A DNA stretch of 57,661 nucleotides from an uncultured bacterium. GTDB lineage: Bacteria > Krumholzibacteriota > Krumholzibacteriia > Krumholzibacteriales > Krumholzibacteriaceae. The notes beneath the pieces were generated by a model that worked only from the letters and a program-made list of their open reading frames with translations, was not told where the DNA came from and did no database searches. This document shows positions 1 through 9,830 of this stretch, one piece after another; the stretch's first letter is position 1, and the number at the start of each line of letters is the position of its first letter. Both the position numbers and the translations under genes were made by a program. The stretch is taken from contig CAWFAD010000013.1 in assembly GCA_963813815.1 (NCBI GenBank), positions 1 through 57,661 of the forward strand, written 5' to 3'.

Positions 1-3000
1 ACGAGGTGCTCGCCGAGGAAACCGCGTTCATCCCCGGCGTGCTGCCGTCCGTCGCCCTCGAGAAGGGCTCGCTCGCCGATGCCCGCGCCGTGCTCGACGC
101 CTCTCGGCGCCTCGGCGAGCCTCGTTTCGTCGAGCTCGCCGGCGTCGAGATCGTCCGCAAGCGCCCGATCGCCTTCGTGGACGTCCGTCCCGTGCTCTAC
201 GATCCGGAGAGGCGGGGGCTCGTCCGTCTCGTCCGGTGCACGGTGCGAATCGCTTTTCCCCCGCACGCCTCCGTCGAGGGAGGGGGAACGGACGCGTTTC
301 TCGTCGACGATCTCGTCGCGAACGCTGCGCAGGCGTCGGGGTGGAAGCTCCCCGAGCCGCGCGCCGCGGCCCTCGAGCGCACCCCCTTCGAGTTCGCCCG
401 GTCCGACCGCTGGGTGAAGCTCCGCGTCGGGGAGCGGGGCATCTACGTCGTGACGTACAACGATCTGCTCGCCGCCGGAGTCGATCCCCTCGCGATCGAT
501 CCCGCGACGATGAGGCTCTTTTCGGGGGGGCCCCTGAAAGAGCCGGACAGCCTGAGCGGCGGGGGAAGCTACCTCGACGAGTATCACCTCGTGGAACATG
601 CGATCCTGCACCGCGGGAGCGGGGCCGGATCCTTCCAGGCGGGGGATACGCTGTTCTTTCACGGCGTCGGCGTGAACGGATGGGCGGACGAGCTCGACGC
701 GTCGGACGATCCGTGGCGATACGTCGAGCATCCGTACGAGCGCGAGAACGTCTACTGGCTCACCTGGGGCGGCTCCTTCGAGGGTCCGGCCCGCCGCATG
801 GACGAGCGGAGCGTCGCCGCGGGGATTCCCTTCGATACGACGATCACGTGGTACGAGGAGCGGATCCACCGCGAGGAAGACTACCTCTACGATCCTCTCT
901 ATACGGACGATTGCTGGTACTGGCGCCTGCTCAAGCAGAGCAGCACATCGACCTTCGTCGACGGGTTCGCCTGCGTCGACCTCGCGGAGCCCCAAGGCGC
1001 CTTCAGAACGATAGCGTACGGCCCCTTCAGCTACATCCATCCTTCGACCTCGGCGAGCTACCGGCTGAACGGGCTCGCGATCGGAGAGCTCGAATGGACG
1101 GTTCCGTTCGGATACAACCCGAGCCTCATGGAAACGCTTCTCACCGACGTGCCGAACCTCGTCGAGGGAACCAACTCGCTCGTCGTCACCAAACCGCTCG
1201 ACGGCGATCTGTACATCCTCTGGTACGAGATCGCGTACCGGCGGCTGCTCGCGGCGCTCGGAGGCGAGCTCGACTTCGCCGCGCCGGCGCGACCGCTTCG
1301 AGCGCGCTTCGAGCTCTCCGGATTCCCCGCGGATGAGGAAATTCTTCTCTTCGACGTGAGCCGGAACGAATCGCCGGCGCTCTGCACGGACTGGTCTCCG
1401 GCCGCCGGGGGGCTCGCCTTTCAGGATTCGATCGGGCCGGAGCGGCGCCGCTATTTCGCGGTCGCGAAGAGCGCGCTCCGCAAACCGTCGCTCTCGTCCG
1501 TCGCGGCGCCCTCGCTGCGCGACGAGAGCGTCTGCCCCGACATGGTCGTCATATACCACGAGGATTTCCGCAACGCCGCCCTCGCCCTCGCGGAGCACCG
1601 CCGGCGGGGAATCGACGGGATCGTCTCGCCGGCCGTTCAGGCGGTCGGGATCGAGGACGTGTACGCCAACTTCTCCGGGGGCCGCAAGGATCCGATCGCC
1701 ATACGCAACTACCTCAAGTTTCTCTACGATCGCGCCGATTGCTCCGCCGGAGGCGATCCGAAGATCAAGTACGTGCTGCTCGTCGGCAACGGAACGCACG
1801 ATCCGCGCGACGTGCTCGGCCGCGCGAACGATTTCGTTCCGTTCTACATGAACCGCCGGTACCCGGGGGAGTCCGAAGCGGTCGAGGACGAGGATTTCCT
1901 CGTGAAGCTCGACGGGGGGATCGACCGGACGCCCGATCTCGCCATCGGCCGCATGTCGGTTCTCAGCGCCCGAGAGGCGGATGCCTGGGCGCAGCGAGTC
2001 GTCGATTACGGGGAGCGGCCCGAATACGGGCCGTGGCGCGAAAAGGCGATTCTCTGCGCGGACGACGAGTTCTCGACGAGCCGAGACGACGATTTCGAGT
2101 TTCTCATCTCGACCGAGGATCTCGCGAAACGCACGGGCCCGTTCCCCGTGGTCGCCGACCTGCGGAAAGTCTATCTCCACACGTATCCGTTTCTCGGCGA
2201 CGTGAAGCCGGCGGCGCGCAGGGATTATCTCGACGAGTGGAGCGACGGAGCGCTCATCGTGAACTACAACGGGCACGGCTCTCCGCAGCAGATGGCGGAC
2301 GAGCGGGTCATGGTGAACTCCGATATCTATTCGCTGACGAACGCCGCGCGGCGGCCGCTCGTGCTCTCGTTCTCCTGCTCGGTGGGCGATCTCGATTCGC
2401 CGTACCAGCGGAGCATGGCTCAGAACATGGTCACGTACGACGGGGGCGGGGCCATCGGTACCATATCCGCCGCGGCGCCCACCTACCTCTACCCGAACAC
2501 GCTTCTCAACGCCGCGATCTACCGCTCGCTCTTCACGTCGAAGGACAGCACCGGCACGCGGCCGGTCGGGCTCGCGCTCCAGCTCGCCAAATACGCGATC
2601 GTGACGCGCGAGGGGTACGAGGGGAACAACACCAAGTACGTGTGTCTCGGCGATCCCGCGTTGAAGCTCGCCCTGCCCGGCTACCGCGTCGAGATCGAAA
2701 CCGCGTCGGTCGACTCGCTGCGCACGGGGGAGCTGTACCGCGTCGAGGGCTCGGTCCGCGCCGGGGGCTCGGTGCTCACTCTCTTCAACGGAACGGCCGA
2801 CCTCATCGTGCAGGAGGCCGAACGCGCGGTGAGGGAACTCATCGTCACACAGCATTTTTATCTGGATACTTTTTATCTGGATACGCTCGTTTTGGACTAC
2901 GCTCTGCCGGGGGAAGCGCTCTTCCGCGGTTCGGTGGACGTCACGGCGGGCCGGTTCGACGCTTCCTTCGTGGTTCCTCGACGATGCCGGATGGGTCCCC

Positions 3001-3734
3001 GCGCGCGCATCCGCGCGTACGTGAGCTCGGGGCTCGCCGACGGCGCCGGCGCGTGCGACACGCTCCTCATCGTTCCATCCGACACCCTCCGGCCGAACGC
3101 GGGTCCTCCCGCCGTGCAGCTCTATTTCGCCGGACAGGCGACGAAGGTCAAGGCGGGGGCGAAGCTCATCGCGGATATCTCGGATGAGGACGGCATCGCG
3201 ATGCTCGGCAGCGATCCGCAGAGCTCGATCTTTTTCGAGTTCGACGGAAGCGGGTATCCGATCTTCGTGACGGACTATTTCACGTACGACCACGAATCGT
3301 ACACGTCCGGCTCGGTCGAATATCCGCTGGCCGCGGGGTTCGAGGCGGGCCGGCATACGGTGATCGTCAAGGCGTTCGACAATCTCGGCGCGGCCTCCTC
3401 CGACACGCTCTCCTTCGAGATCGTCGAGGAGGGGCTGTATGCGCTGAGCGACGTGTTCAACCTTCCGAACCCCTTCTCGGAGGGCACGAATTTCGTGTTT
3501 CAGACGACGAACCGGGGGAGCGCGACGCTCAAGGTCTACACCGTGTCCGGAACGATGGTGTGGGAGAAGCGCGTCGCGGCGGCCGAGGGATTCAACAGCG
3601 TGTACTGGGACGGCAGGGACTCCGCGGGCGACCGGCTCGCCAACGGCACGTACCTCTACGTCCTCGAGGTCGATTTCGAAGGTTCTTACCACCGCAGCGA
3701 AACGGTCGAGGGAAAGGCCGTGCTGCTGCGATAG
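1..3734 (+). CDS. porU: T9SS sortase PorU (peptidase C25/gingipain family) with C-terminal T9SS type-A/FlgD-Ig sorting domain; 5' end lies outside the window
   Basis: C25 motifs: NFSGGRKDPIAIRNYLK, YVLLVGNG, PDLAIGR, catalytic His in NYNGHGS and Cys in SFSCSVG, LGDPAL. C-terminal NLPNPFS...VYWDGRDSAGDRLANGTYLY. Directly upstream of a porV-like gene. Confidence 0.9.
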   Translation, partial: EVLAEETAFIPGVLPSVALEKGSLADARAVLDASRRLGEPRFVELAGVEIVRKRPIAFVDVRPVLYDPERRGLVRLVRCTVRIAFPPHASVEGGGTDAFLVDDLVANAAQASGWKLPEPRAAALERTPFEFARSDRWVKLRVGERGIYVVTYNDLLAAGVDPLAIDPATMRLFSGGPLKEPDSLSGGGSYLDEYHLVEHAILHRGSGAGSFQAGDTLFFHGVGVNGWADELDASDDPWRYVEHPYERENVYWLTWGGSFEGPARRMDERSVAAGIPFDTTITWYEERIHREEDYLYDPLYTDDCWYWRLLKQSSTSTFVDGFACVDLAEPQGAFRTIAYGPFSYIHPSTSASYRLNGLAIGELEWTVPFGYNPSLMETLLTDVPNLVEGTNSLVVTKPLDGDLYILWYEIAYRRLLAALGGELDFAAPARPLRARFELSGFPADEEILLFDVSRNESPALCTDWSPAAGGLAFQDSIGPERRRYFAVAKSALRKPSLSSVAAPSLRDESVCPDMVVIYHEDFRNAALALAEHRRRGIDGIVSPAVQAVGIEDVYANFSGGRKDPIAIRNYLKFLYDRADCSAGGDPKIKYVLLVGNGTHDPRDVLGRANDFVPFYMNRRYPGESEAVEDEDFLVKLDGGIDRTPDLAIGRMSVLSAREADAWAQRVVDYGERPEYGPWREKAILCADDEFSTSRDDDFEFLISTEDLAKRTGPFPVVADLRKVYLHTYPFLGDVKPAARRDYLDEWSDGALIVNYNGHGSPQQMADERVMVNSDIYSLTNAARRPLVLSFSCSVGDLDSPYQRSMAQNMVTYDGGGAIGTISAAAPTYLYPNTLLNAAIYRSLFTSKDSTGTRPVGLALQLAKYAIVTREGYEGNNTKYVCLGDPALKLALPGYRVEIETASVDSLRTGELYRVEGSVRAGGSVLTLFNGTADLIVQEAERAVRELIVTQHFYLDTFYLDTLVLDYALPGEALFRGSVDVTAGRFDASFVVPRRCRMGPRARIRAYVSSGLADGAGACDTLLIVPSDTLRPNAGPPAVQLYFAGQATKVKAGAKLIADISDEDGIAMLGSDPQSSIFFEFDGSGYPIFVTDYFTYDHESYTSGSVEYPLAAGFEAGRHTVIVKAFDNLGAASSDTLSFEIVEEGLYALSDVFNLPNPFSEGTNFVFQTTNRGSATLKVYTVSGTMVWEKRVAAAEGFNSVYWDGRDSAGDRLANGTYLYVLEVDFEGSYHRSETVEGKAVLLR
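2855..2884 (+). repeat. Perfect 15-bp in-frame tandem duplication (tttttatctggatac x2) encoding FYLDT-FYLDT
   Basis: Units at 2855-2869 and 2870-2884, read directly from the sequence. Confidence 0.9.
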
Positions 3735-3751
3735 AGGGCCCGGCGGCCGGG

Positions 3752-3795
3752 CCGGTCAAAGCGCTTGACCCGGCACCGGCCCGATTATTATTAAT
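3752..3795 (+). promoter_or_regulatory. Candidate sigma-70 promoter for porV with an overlapping inverted repeat
   Basis: TTGACC at 3765-3770 followed by AT-rich TTATTATTAAT at 3785-3795. GGTCAA-agcgc-TTGACC dyad overlaps the -35. Confidence 0.5.
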
Positions 3796-3820
3796 AAAGG
3801 AGAAAGAACGGAGGATACAG

Positions 3821-4810
3821 ATGCAGAGATCAGCGCGGATGGCCTTCATAGCAACGGTGCTCCTCGCGGCGGCCGCCGGGCAGCTTCGGGCCCAAGGCGA
3901 GTCGGGAGCCTCGTGTCTCATCATACCGCCGAGCGCGAGGGCGAACGGCATGGGACAAACGTTCGTGGCGATATCGGACGACGCCACCGGCATATGGTGG
4001 AATCCGGGCGGCCTCGCGTTCGTCGATAAAACCGTCGATCTCATGTACTCGCAGCTCGTGCCGGAGCTCGCCTCCGACGTCAAATACGCATACTTCGGGG
4101 GAACCTCGAAGATCGAGGGGCTCGGCACGATCGGCGCTTCGCTCATCTACCTCGGCTACGGCGACTGGGAGGCGCGCGATCCCAACAACAACTACCTCGG
4201 CCAGTACTCGTCCTGGGAGGCGGCGCCGACCCTGAGCGGGGCCGTCCAGGTCATCGACGGGCTCGGGGTGGGCGTGAACGTGAAGTTCATCTATATCGAT
4301 CTCGCCCCGGCGGAGGCGACGGTCGAGAATCAGGCGGGCCGCGGGCATTCGGTCGCGGTCGACGCGGGAGTTCTCTACAAGGTGCCGGAGTTCGCCATCG
4401 GATCGTTCGGGGTTTCCCATCTCAATCTCGGATTCTGTCTGTCGAATCTCGGCCCCTCGATCACCTTCATCAACACCGATCAGGCGGCGAGCCTTCCGCG
4501 GAACGCCCGGATCGGGTTCGCCTACAGCCCGTACGTGTCGGACGTGGGCGTTCTGACCGTCGCTTCGGAGGTCAACAAGCCTCTCGTCGATTTCGAGCGG
4601 TCTCCGACCTATCATTTCGGCGGGGAGTTCAGCTACATCAACCTGATCGCCGTCCGCGCCGGATACATGCACGACAAGGATGGAAACATCATGGATCCCA
4701 CCTACGGGCTGGGATTCTCTCTCAGGCGCGTGCGGCTCGATTGGGCCAGCGTTCCGCAGGCGAAGGAACTCGGCAGGGTGCAGCGCTGGTCGATCGGGGT
4801 GACCTTTTAA
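3821..4810 (+). CDS. porV: PorV/PorQ-family outer-membrane beta-barrel (T9SS shuttle)
   Basis: GGAGG RBS, signal peptide, LIIPPSARANGMG...DDATGIWWNPGGLA motif typical of PorV, terminal Phe (IGVTF), adjacent to porU. Confidence 0.85.
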   Translation: MQRSARMAFIATVLLAAAAGQLRAQGESGASCLIIPPSARANGMGQTFVAISDDATGIWWNPGGLAFVDKTVDLMYSQLVPELASDVKYAYFGGTSKIEGLGTIGASLIYLGYGDWEARDPNNNYLGQYSSWEAAPTLSGAVQVIDGLGVGVNVKFIYIDLAPAEATVENQAGRGHSVAVDAGVLYKVPEFAIGSFGVSHLNLGFCLSNLGPSITFINTDQAASLPRNARIGFAYSPYVSDVGVLTVASEVNKPLVDFERSPTYHFGGEFSYINLIAVRAGYMHDKDGNIMDPTYGLGFSLRRVRLDWASVPQAKELGRVQRWSIGVTF

Positions 4811-4836
4811 AACCCCTGGGAAAGGCTCGAAGCCAG

Positions 4837-7800
4837 TTGGCAGCGATCCGATCCTGCAGCCGTATCGCAATCGCCTGCGCGATTCTCTCGTTTCCGCATG
4901 ATCTGCCCGCGAGCGGGTCCGGGCACGTGCTCCGCGCGGTCGCCCGCGGCTTGTTCCTCGATCCGTCCTCCGCCGCGGCCGCGGAGGGGACGGTGTTGCC
5001 CCCGGCCGCGATCCGCTTTCCGAGAATACTTCCCTACGACGAACCCTCTACGCGCGGGTTGCTCGCCTCGGCGCGATCGCGGCGCTCGGCGCTCGGCGCG
5101 CTCTCCGGCGGCTCCGATACGCTGCGGGTGCTGCTCGTGCGGGTGTCGTTCGAGAGCGATCGCCTCGACGCGCTCTCGAGCCTCTCGACGGGGGGCGATT
5201 TCGACCTCTCGCCGTCGGGCGACTCGCTCATCGATCCCGCGCCGCACGACCGCGGATATTTCGCGTCGCATCTCGAGGGGCTCGCGAACTACTATCGTTC
5301 GCAATCCTGCGGCCGCCTCGAGATCGTCGGGGAGGTCATACCGGCGGCCGAGGAGGGGAGTTACCGTCTTTCCGATCCGGCCGACTACGGCCCCGGGCTC
5401 CTCGGGTCGTGGACGAGGGACGATATCGTGCGCTTTTTCCGGGACTGCATTTTCGCGTCGGATCGCGGGCTCGCCGAGGAGGGGTACCCGGTGCGGTTCG
5501 GAGATTACGACGCCGTGATCGTCGCGCACGCCGGCTCGAATTTCCAGTGCGACGTCGCCGGCGACACCCCGAACGACCCGCCGACGTGTTTCATCTCTCT
5601 CCTGCCCGGCGAGGAGGTTTCGGTCGACGGCGGCGCCGCGATGATTCGGGAGGGCTGCATCGTGCCCGAAACGGCGAGCCAGGACGGACTTCTCGCCGGT
5701 ATCGCGGGCCTCGTCGCGCACGAATTCGGCCATCAGCTCGGATTGCCCGATCTCTACGACACCCGCGAGCGGGTCACGACGGTCGGATACTTCGATCTCA
5801 TGGACAATGGATGCTGGGTCGGCGCGTATCTACCCGGCGGCGACGGCGCCCTCCGCTACGCCATGGGGTTCATTCCCGGCGGTCTCTCGTCGTGGACGCT
5901 CTCGACGCTCGGGTGGGCGGAGGTCGACGCGATCGCGGACGGCCCCGGCGCCCTCGCTCTCCCGGCCCTCGGGAAGTGTCCGCCCCGCGCCGCGCGCATC
6001 GAGCACGCCGGAGACGAGCACTTCCTTGTCGAGAACCGCGCGGCCGAGCTCGACGGCATCCTGACCGGATTCGTCCGCGATTCGAACGGGGTCATCGTGG
6101 GCACGGGCAACTGCCTGAACTGCGACGGAGAGCCCGCGGAAGAGCCCGTCTGGGAGCTCGTGAACGGCTACGACCTGCTGCTCCCGACCGAGCGCGCCCC
6201 GGACGGCCCAACGAGCGGACCGGGGATCCTCGTTTGGCGCGTGAACGACCGTCTCGTCGCCGAGCGCCGGGAATCGAACGTTCTGAACGCCGAACGCCCG
6301 CTCGCCGTCATGCTTCTCGAGGCGGACGGCGTCGTGGATATCGGCGATCCGGCCTCTCCGCACTCCTACGGCTGGTACGCGGACGCCTACTTCGCCGGAG
6401 GAAACGCCGCTCTCGGCGAAGAAACGAACCCTTCCTCCTTGAGCGCGTGGGGGGTGCCGACGGGCGTTTCCGCGTCCGCGATATCCGCGCGCGACACCCT
6501 CATGCTGTGCGAAGGCGCGGTGTTCGGCGTCGAGACGGCCGCGGCCGTTCCGGGGAGCGCGGTCCTCGCGGAGGGCGGTTTCTTTTTCCTTCCGGAAAGC
6601 GAAGATATCTTTCTGCTTCACTCGGGAGGAGACGGCGTGATTGTCCCGGGGGGCGATACGGTCGTTTCGATCGGGAGGCCGGTCCTCGGGCCGCCCGCGT
6701 GGCTCGATGCGTTGCCGGGCATGGACGGGCCGGGGGTCGTCGTCGGAGAGCGGGCGGGGTATATCCATGTTTTCGCCCGCTCGACGTGGGCCGAGTGCGA
6801 GGGCTGGCCGGCTTTCATAGAGGCGACGCTCGCGACGCACCCGGTCGTCGTGCGGCGCGGGGACCGGTGCCGGATCGCGGCGGCGGGGCGCCGGAGCATC
6901 CACATACTCGACGGCGGCGGGGAGGCCCCCGGGAGTCCCATTTATCTCTACGAACGGGACATTACGAGCAACCTCGTCGTGGCGGAGAACGAGGACGGCT
7001 TTGCCGTGGCGGTATTTTTCGTCACGTCCCCCGACGACGACGCGGTGATTCCGACGAAGAGCTTTCTTCTCTTCAAATGGGATCTTTTTCCCGACGGGGC
7101 TTCTGAGGTCATGGTTCCCGCGGAGGGGTATCCCATCCGGCTTCCGCTCGAAGCGGAGGACGGGGCGGAGGGCTTTTTCCTCGTGGGAGGGGATCTCGCG
7201 CCCGCCGAAAGCGGGGATGAGGTTTTTGTCATCTGCCGGGCGACGGGCCGGATCCTCACGTGCGGGGATCGGGGGGTTCTTGCCGGGCGCGCCGGCGAGG
7301 GGCCCGTGCCGGGGGCGCCGGCGCTCTCTGATTTGAATGGAGATTCGTCGATTGATCTCGTATACTCCGATGGGAATTCGATATACGCGCTGAGCCCTTC
7401 CCTCGCGAGTCTCAGGGGGTGGCCGCGGCGGATATGGTCGCTCCAGGAGCTTCCATGGCAATCGCGGTTCTCGACTCCCGTGACGATCGCGAGTTCGGGC
7501 GTCGAGAGGAATGTCGTCGCGGGGAGCGACGGCGGTCTGCTCTACATTCTCGACCGCGACGGAGCTCTCGAGAGCGGATTTCCGAGGAAAGCCGCGGCGG
7601 CGTTCGATCGAGCGGTCGAAATGGGTCCGCCGGGCGCGGGGCAAACGCTCGCGTCCCTCGACGGCGGTCTCGTCAGGCTGAGAACGGCGCCATTCGCTCC
7701 GGACTTCGAGCGATCGTGGCCGACGCTCTGGGGCAACGCCGGCAGGACGGCGTGGGCGAGCGGCGCGGATGGGACCGGCGGCGGGCTGGCCTCGATCGCC

Positions 7801-8067
7801 GGCAGCCTCGTCGTGTATCCGAATCCATCGCGCGGCGAAAGGGTCGGGTTTCATTTCACCGCCCCGTCCGAGGGGGATGCGCGGCTCGAGATACTGACGC
7901 TCACGGGCGATCTCGTGCTCGCGCGGACGAAGCGGCTGCTGGGGGGAGAGGACGAGTTCGTCGTTTCGATGAACGATCGCGCCCCCGGCGTGTACCTCTC
8001 GCGTCTCGTCGTCACCTCGGGGGGACGGCGCGCCGAGACATTTCGAAAATTCGCCATCGTGCGCTGA
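4837..8067 (+). CDS. Secreted M6 (immune inhibitor A-like) zinc metalloprotease with FG-GAP-like repeats and a T9SS C-terminal domain; start uncertain
   Basis: HEFGHQLGLPDLY zincin motif, FDLMDNG Met-turn, FLVENR, DLNGDSSIDLV repeat, C-terminal VYPNPS...PGVYL...KFAIVR. Confidence 0.85.
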   Translation: MAAIRSCSRIAIACAILSFPHDLPASGSGHVLRAVARGLFLDPSSAAAAEGTVLPPAAIRFPRILPYDEPSTRGLLASARSRRSALGALSGGSDTLRVLLVRVSFESDRLDALSSLSTGGDFDLSPSGDSLIDPAPHDRGYFASHLEGLANYYRSQSCGRLEIVGEVIPAAEEGSYRLSDPADYGPGLLGSWTRDDIVRFFRDCIFASDRGLAEEGYPVRFGDYDAVIVAHAGSNFQCDVAGDTPNDPPTCFISLLPGEEVSVDGGAAMIREGCIVPETASQDGLLAGIAGLVAHEFGHQLGLPDLYDTRERVTTVGYFDLMDNGCWVGAYLPGGDGALRYAMGFIPGGLSSWTLSTLGWAEVDAIADGPGALALPALGKCPPRAARIEHAGDEHFLVENRAAELDGILTGFVRDSNGVIVGTGNCLNCDGEPAEEPVWELVNGYDLLLPTERAPDGPTSGPGILVWRVNDRLVAERRESNVLNAERPLAVMLLEADGVVDIGDPASPHSYGWYADAYFAGGNAALGEETNPSSLSAWGVPTGVSASAISARDTLMLCEGAVFGVETAAAVPGSAVLAEGGFFFLPESEDIFLLHSGGDGVIVPGGDTVVSIGRPVLGPPAWLDALPGMDGPGVVVGERAGYIHVFARSTWAECEGWPAFIEATLATHPVVVRRGDRCRIAAAGRRSIHILDGGGEAPGSPIYLYERDITSNLVVAENEDGFAVAVFFVTSPDDDAVIPTKSFLLFKWDLFPDGASEVMVPAEGYPIRLPLEAEDGAEGFFLVGGDLAPAESGDEVFVICRATGRILTCGDRGVLAGRAGEGPVPGAPALSDLNGDSSIDLVYSDGNSIYALSPSLASLRGWPRRIWSLQELPWQSRFSTPVTIASSGVERNVVAGSDGGLLYILDRDGALESGFPRKAAAAFDRAVEMGPPGAGQTLASLDGGLVRLRTAPFAPDFERSWPTLWGNAGRTAWASGADGTGGGLASIAGSLVVYPNPSRGERVGFHFTAPSEGDARLEILTLTGDLVLARTKRLLGGEDEFVVSMNDRAPGVYLSRLVVTSGGRRAETFRKFAIVR

Positions 8068-8081
8068 GCAGGGAGGACGGC

Positions 8082-8996
8082 ATGCGTTTCGTGATCGCGG
8101 GAATCGCGCTGGTGTGTATCGCGGCGTCATCGGCGGGCGCGGCGGCCCTTTCGGACACCCCGCGGAACCCGCTTCCGTGGCCGGCTGGCGGCGTGTCGGT
8201 CTTTTCGGAGGCGATGGGACGAACGTCGGCCGTTCGACCGCTCCAAACGCTCCGTCTCGCCGGCGAACGATGCGGGATGCCGACGGTGTTCGTGACGGGA
8301 GCCGGCCGGGCGATCTCCGCAGCCGGCGCGACGCGCATCACCGGACGGAAGACGGCGCTCGCGGTCATCTCCTCGGCCATTCTGCCCGGTCTCGGGGAGC
8401 TCATCCTCTACTCCGATTCGCGCGACCCGTGGACGCTCGCCCGCGTGCCCGTCTTCTTCGCGCTCGAGGGATACTTCTGGTACGGCTATCGCGACAACTA
8501 CGACACGGGGAAGGATTTCAAGAGCCAGTACGAGGCGTACGGCGACGCGCACTGGGATCTCGACCGGTTCCTTCTCCAGCACCCCTGCTGCGACGGGCTC
8601 GGCGGCTGCGACACCTGGCAGTTCTACAACGAAGAGTGCCAGGGCTCGTTCAACTACTTCCTGTTCACTCCGAAGGAGGTCGACCGGGAAGAGTATTACG
8701 AGAACATCGGCAAGTACGACGCCTTCGTCTACGGCTGGGACGATTGGGCCGGCCAGACCGATTTCCGGACGCCCCATCGCGACTTCTACTGGTTTCTGCG
8801 AGGGGAGAGCGACAAGTATCTACTGCGATCCGATCAGTTCATCATGGCGCTCATACTGAACCGGGTGATCTCGATGGCCGATACCGGCTGGCTCGCCTAC
8901 CGGATGTCGCGGGGCGGGAGTCCCGAAGAGGGCTGGTCGCTGCGGCTGCGCTCGTACGACACCTCCCCCTGCCTCATCATCAGCCGCGGATTCTGA
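8082..8996 (+). CDS. Exported hypothetical protein (SAxLPGLG motif, DUF5683-like), paralogue 1
   Basis: GGAGG RBS, signal peptide, SSAILPGLGE motif, aromatic-rich core, terminal Phe. Confidence 0.7.
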   Translation: MRFVIAGIALVCIAASSAGAAALSDTPRNPLPWPAGGVSVFSEAMGRTSAVRPLQTLRLAGERCGMPTVFVTGAGRAISAAGATRITGRKTALAVISSAILPGLGELILYSDSRDPWTLARVPVFFALEGYFWYGYRDNYDTGKDFKSQYEAYGDAHWDLDRFLLQHPCCDGLGGCDTWQFYNEECQGSFNYFLFTPKEVDREEYYENIGKYDAFVYGWDDWAGQTDFRTPHRDFYWFLRGESDKYLLRSDQFIMALILNRVISMADTGWLAYRMSRGGSPEEGWSLRLRSYDTSPCLIISRGF

Positions 8997-9010
8997 CGGA
9001 GTGGAGGGCG

Positions 9011-9799
9011 ATGAAACGAACGACGATTCTTCTCGTGCTGCTGCTCGCCGCCTCCGCGGCGGGGAAGGCCGAGTCGGTGTTCGACGGGGATTTCGGGGCG
9101 GCGCCGAGGCTCGATCTCGGGTCGCCCGCCCCGGCGTTCGGCGCGGAGGCCGTCGCCCGTGGGCTCGCACTCGCCGGCGAGGACGCTCCGACGCTCGGCA
9201 CCGCCGCGTGGAGTCTCCTCGTCCCGGGGCTCGCGCAGCAGAAGCTCGGCAGAACCGTGCGCGCGAAGATCTATTACGGTCTCGAAACGCTCTCGTGGAT
9301 CGCGGCGGGGAGCTTTCTCTACGCGGGGTACACGCGCGAACAGGCGTACCAGGACTACGCGGTCGTGTTCGCGGGGGTCGCGGGAACCGACCGGCCCGAC
9401 GAATACTGGCAGGCGATCGGCGAGTACTCGTCGAGCGACGGCCCCGGCGGGTACAACGAGATGATACGGCGCGACGCGCGCGATCTCTACTACCCGGACG
9501 TGGATGCCATGAACGTCTACTTCGACGATCGCGCCTATGCCGGCGACGACGTCTGGCAGTGGCGCACGAGCGGCGATTTCAGGCGTTACGGGAAGCTCCG
9601 TGACGACAGCCGCTTCGCCTACCGCTATGCGATATACTCGGTGTTCTTCGCGGCGGTGCTCCGGGTCGTGAGCACGGCGGACGCCGTGCGCCTCGCGCGC
9701 GGGGACGTCTCCGCCGGCGCGGGCTCGGGGCCGCGCACGTCGCTCGAGCTCGCGCGCTCGCCGCAGGGCGCGTCGCTCTGCCTCGTGCGATCGTTCTAG
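9011..9799 (+). CDS. Exported hypothetical protein (SLLVPGLAQ motif), paralogue 2
   Basis: GGAGG RBS, signal peptide MKRTTILLVLLLAASAAGKA, similar motif layout to the upstream gene, terminal Phe. Confidence 0.7.
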   Translation: MKRTTILLVLLLAASAAGKAESVFDGDFGAAPRLDLGSPAPAFGAEAVARGLALAGEDAPTLGTAAWSLLVPGLAQQKLGRTVRAKIYYGLETLSWIAAGSFLYAGYTREQAYQDYAVVFAGVAGTDRPDEYWQAIGEYSSSDGPGGYNEMIRRDARDLYYPDVDAMNVYFDDRAYAGDDVWQWRTSGDFRRYGKLRDDSRFAYRYAIYSVFFAAVLRVVSTADAVRLARGDVSAGAGSGPRTSLELARSPQGASLCLVRSF

Positions 9800-9830
9800 G
9801 GTGCTCCTCATCGACGGGCACGGGTTCGCC

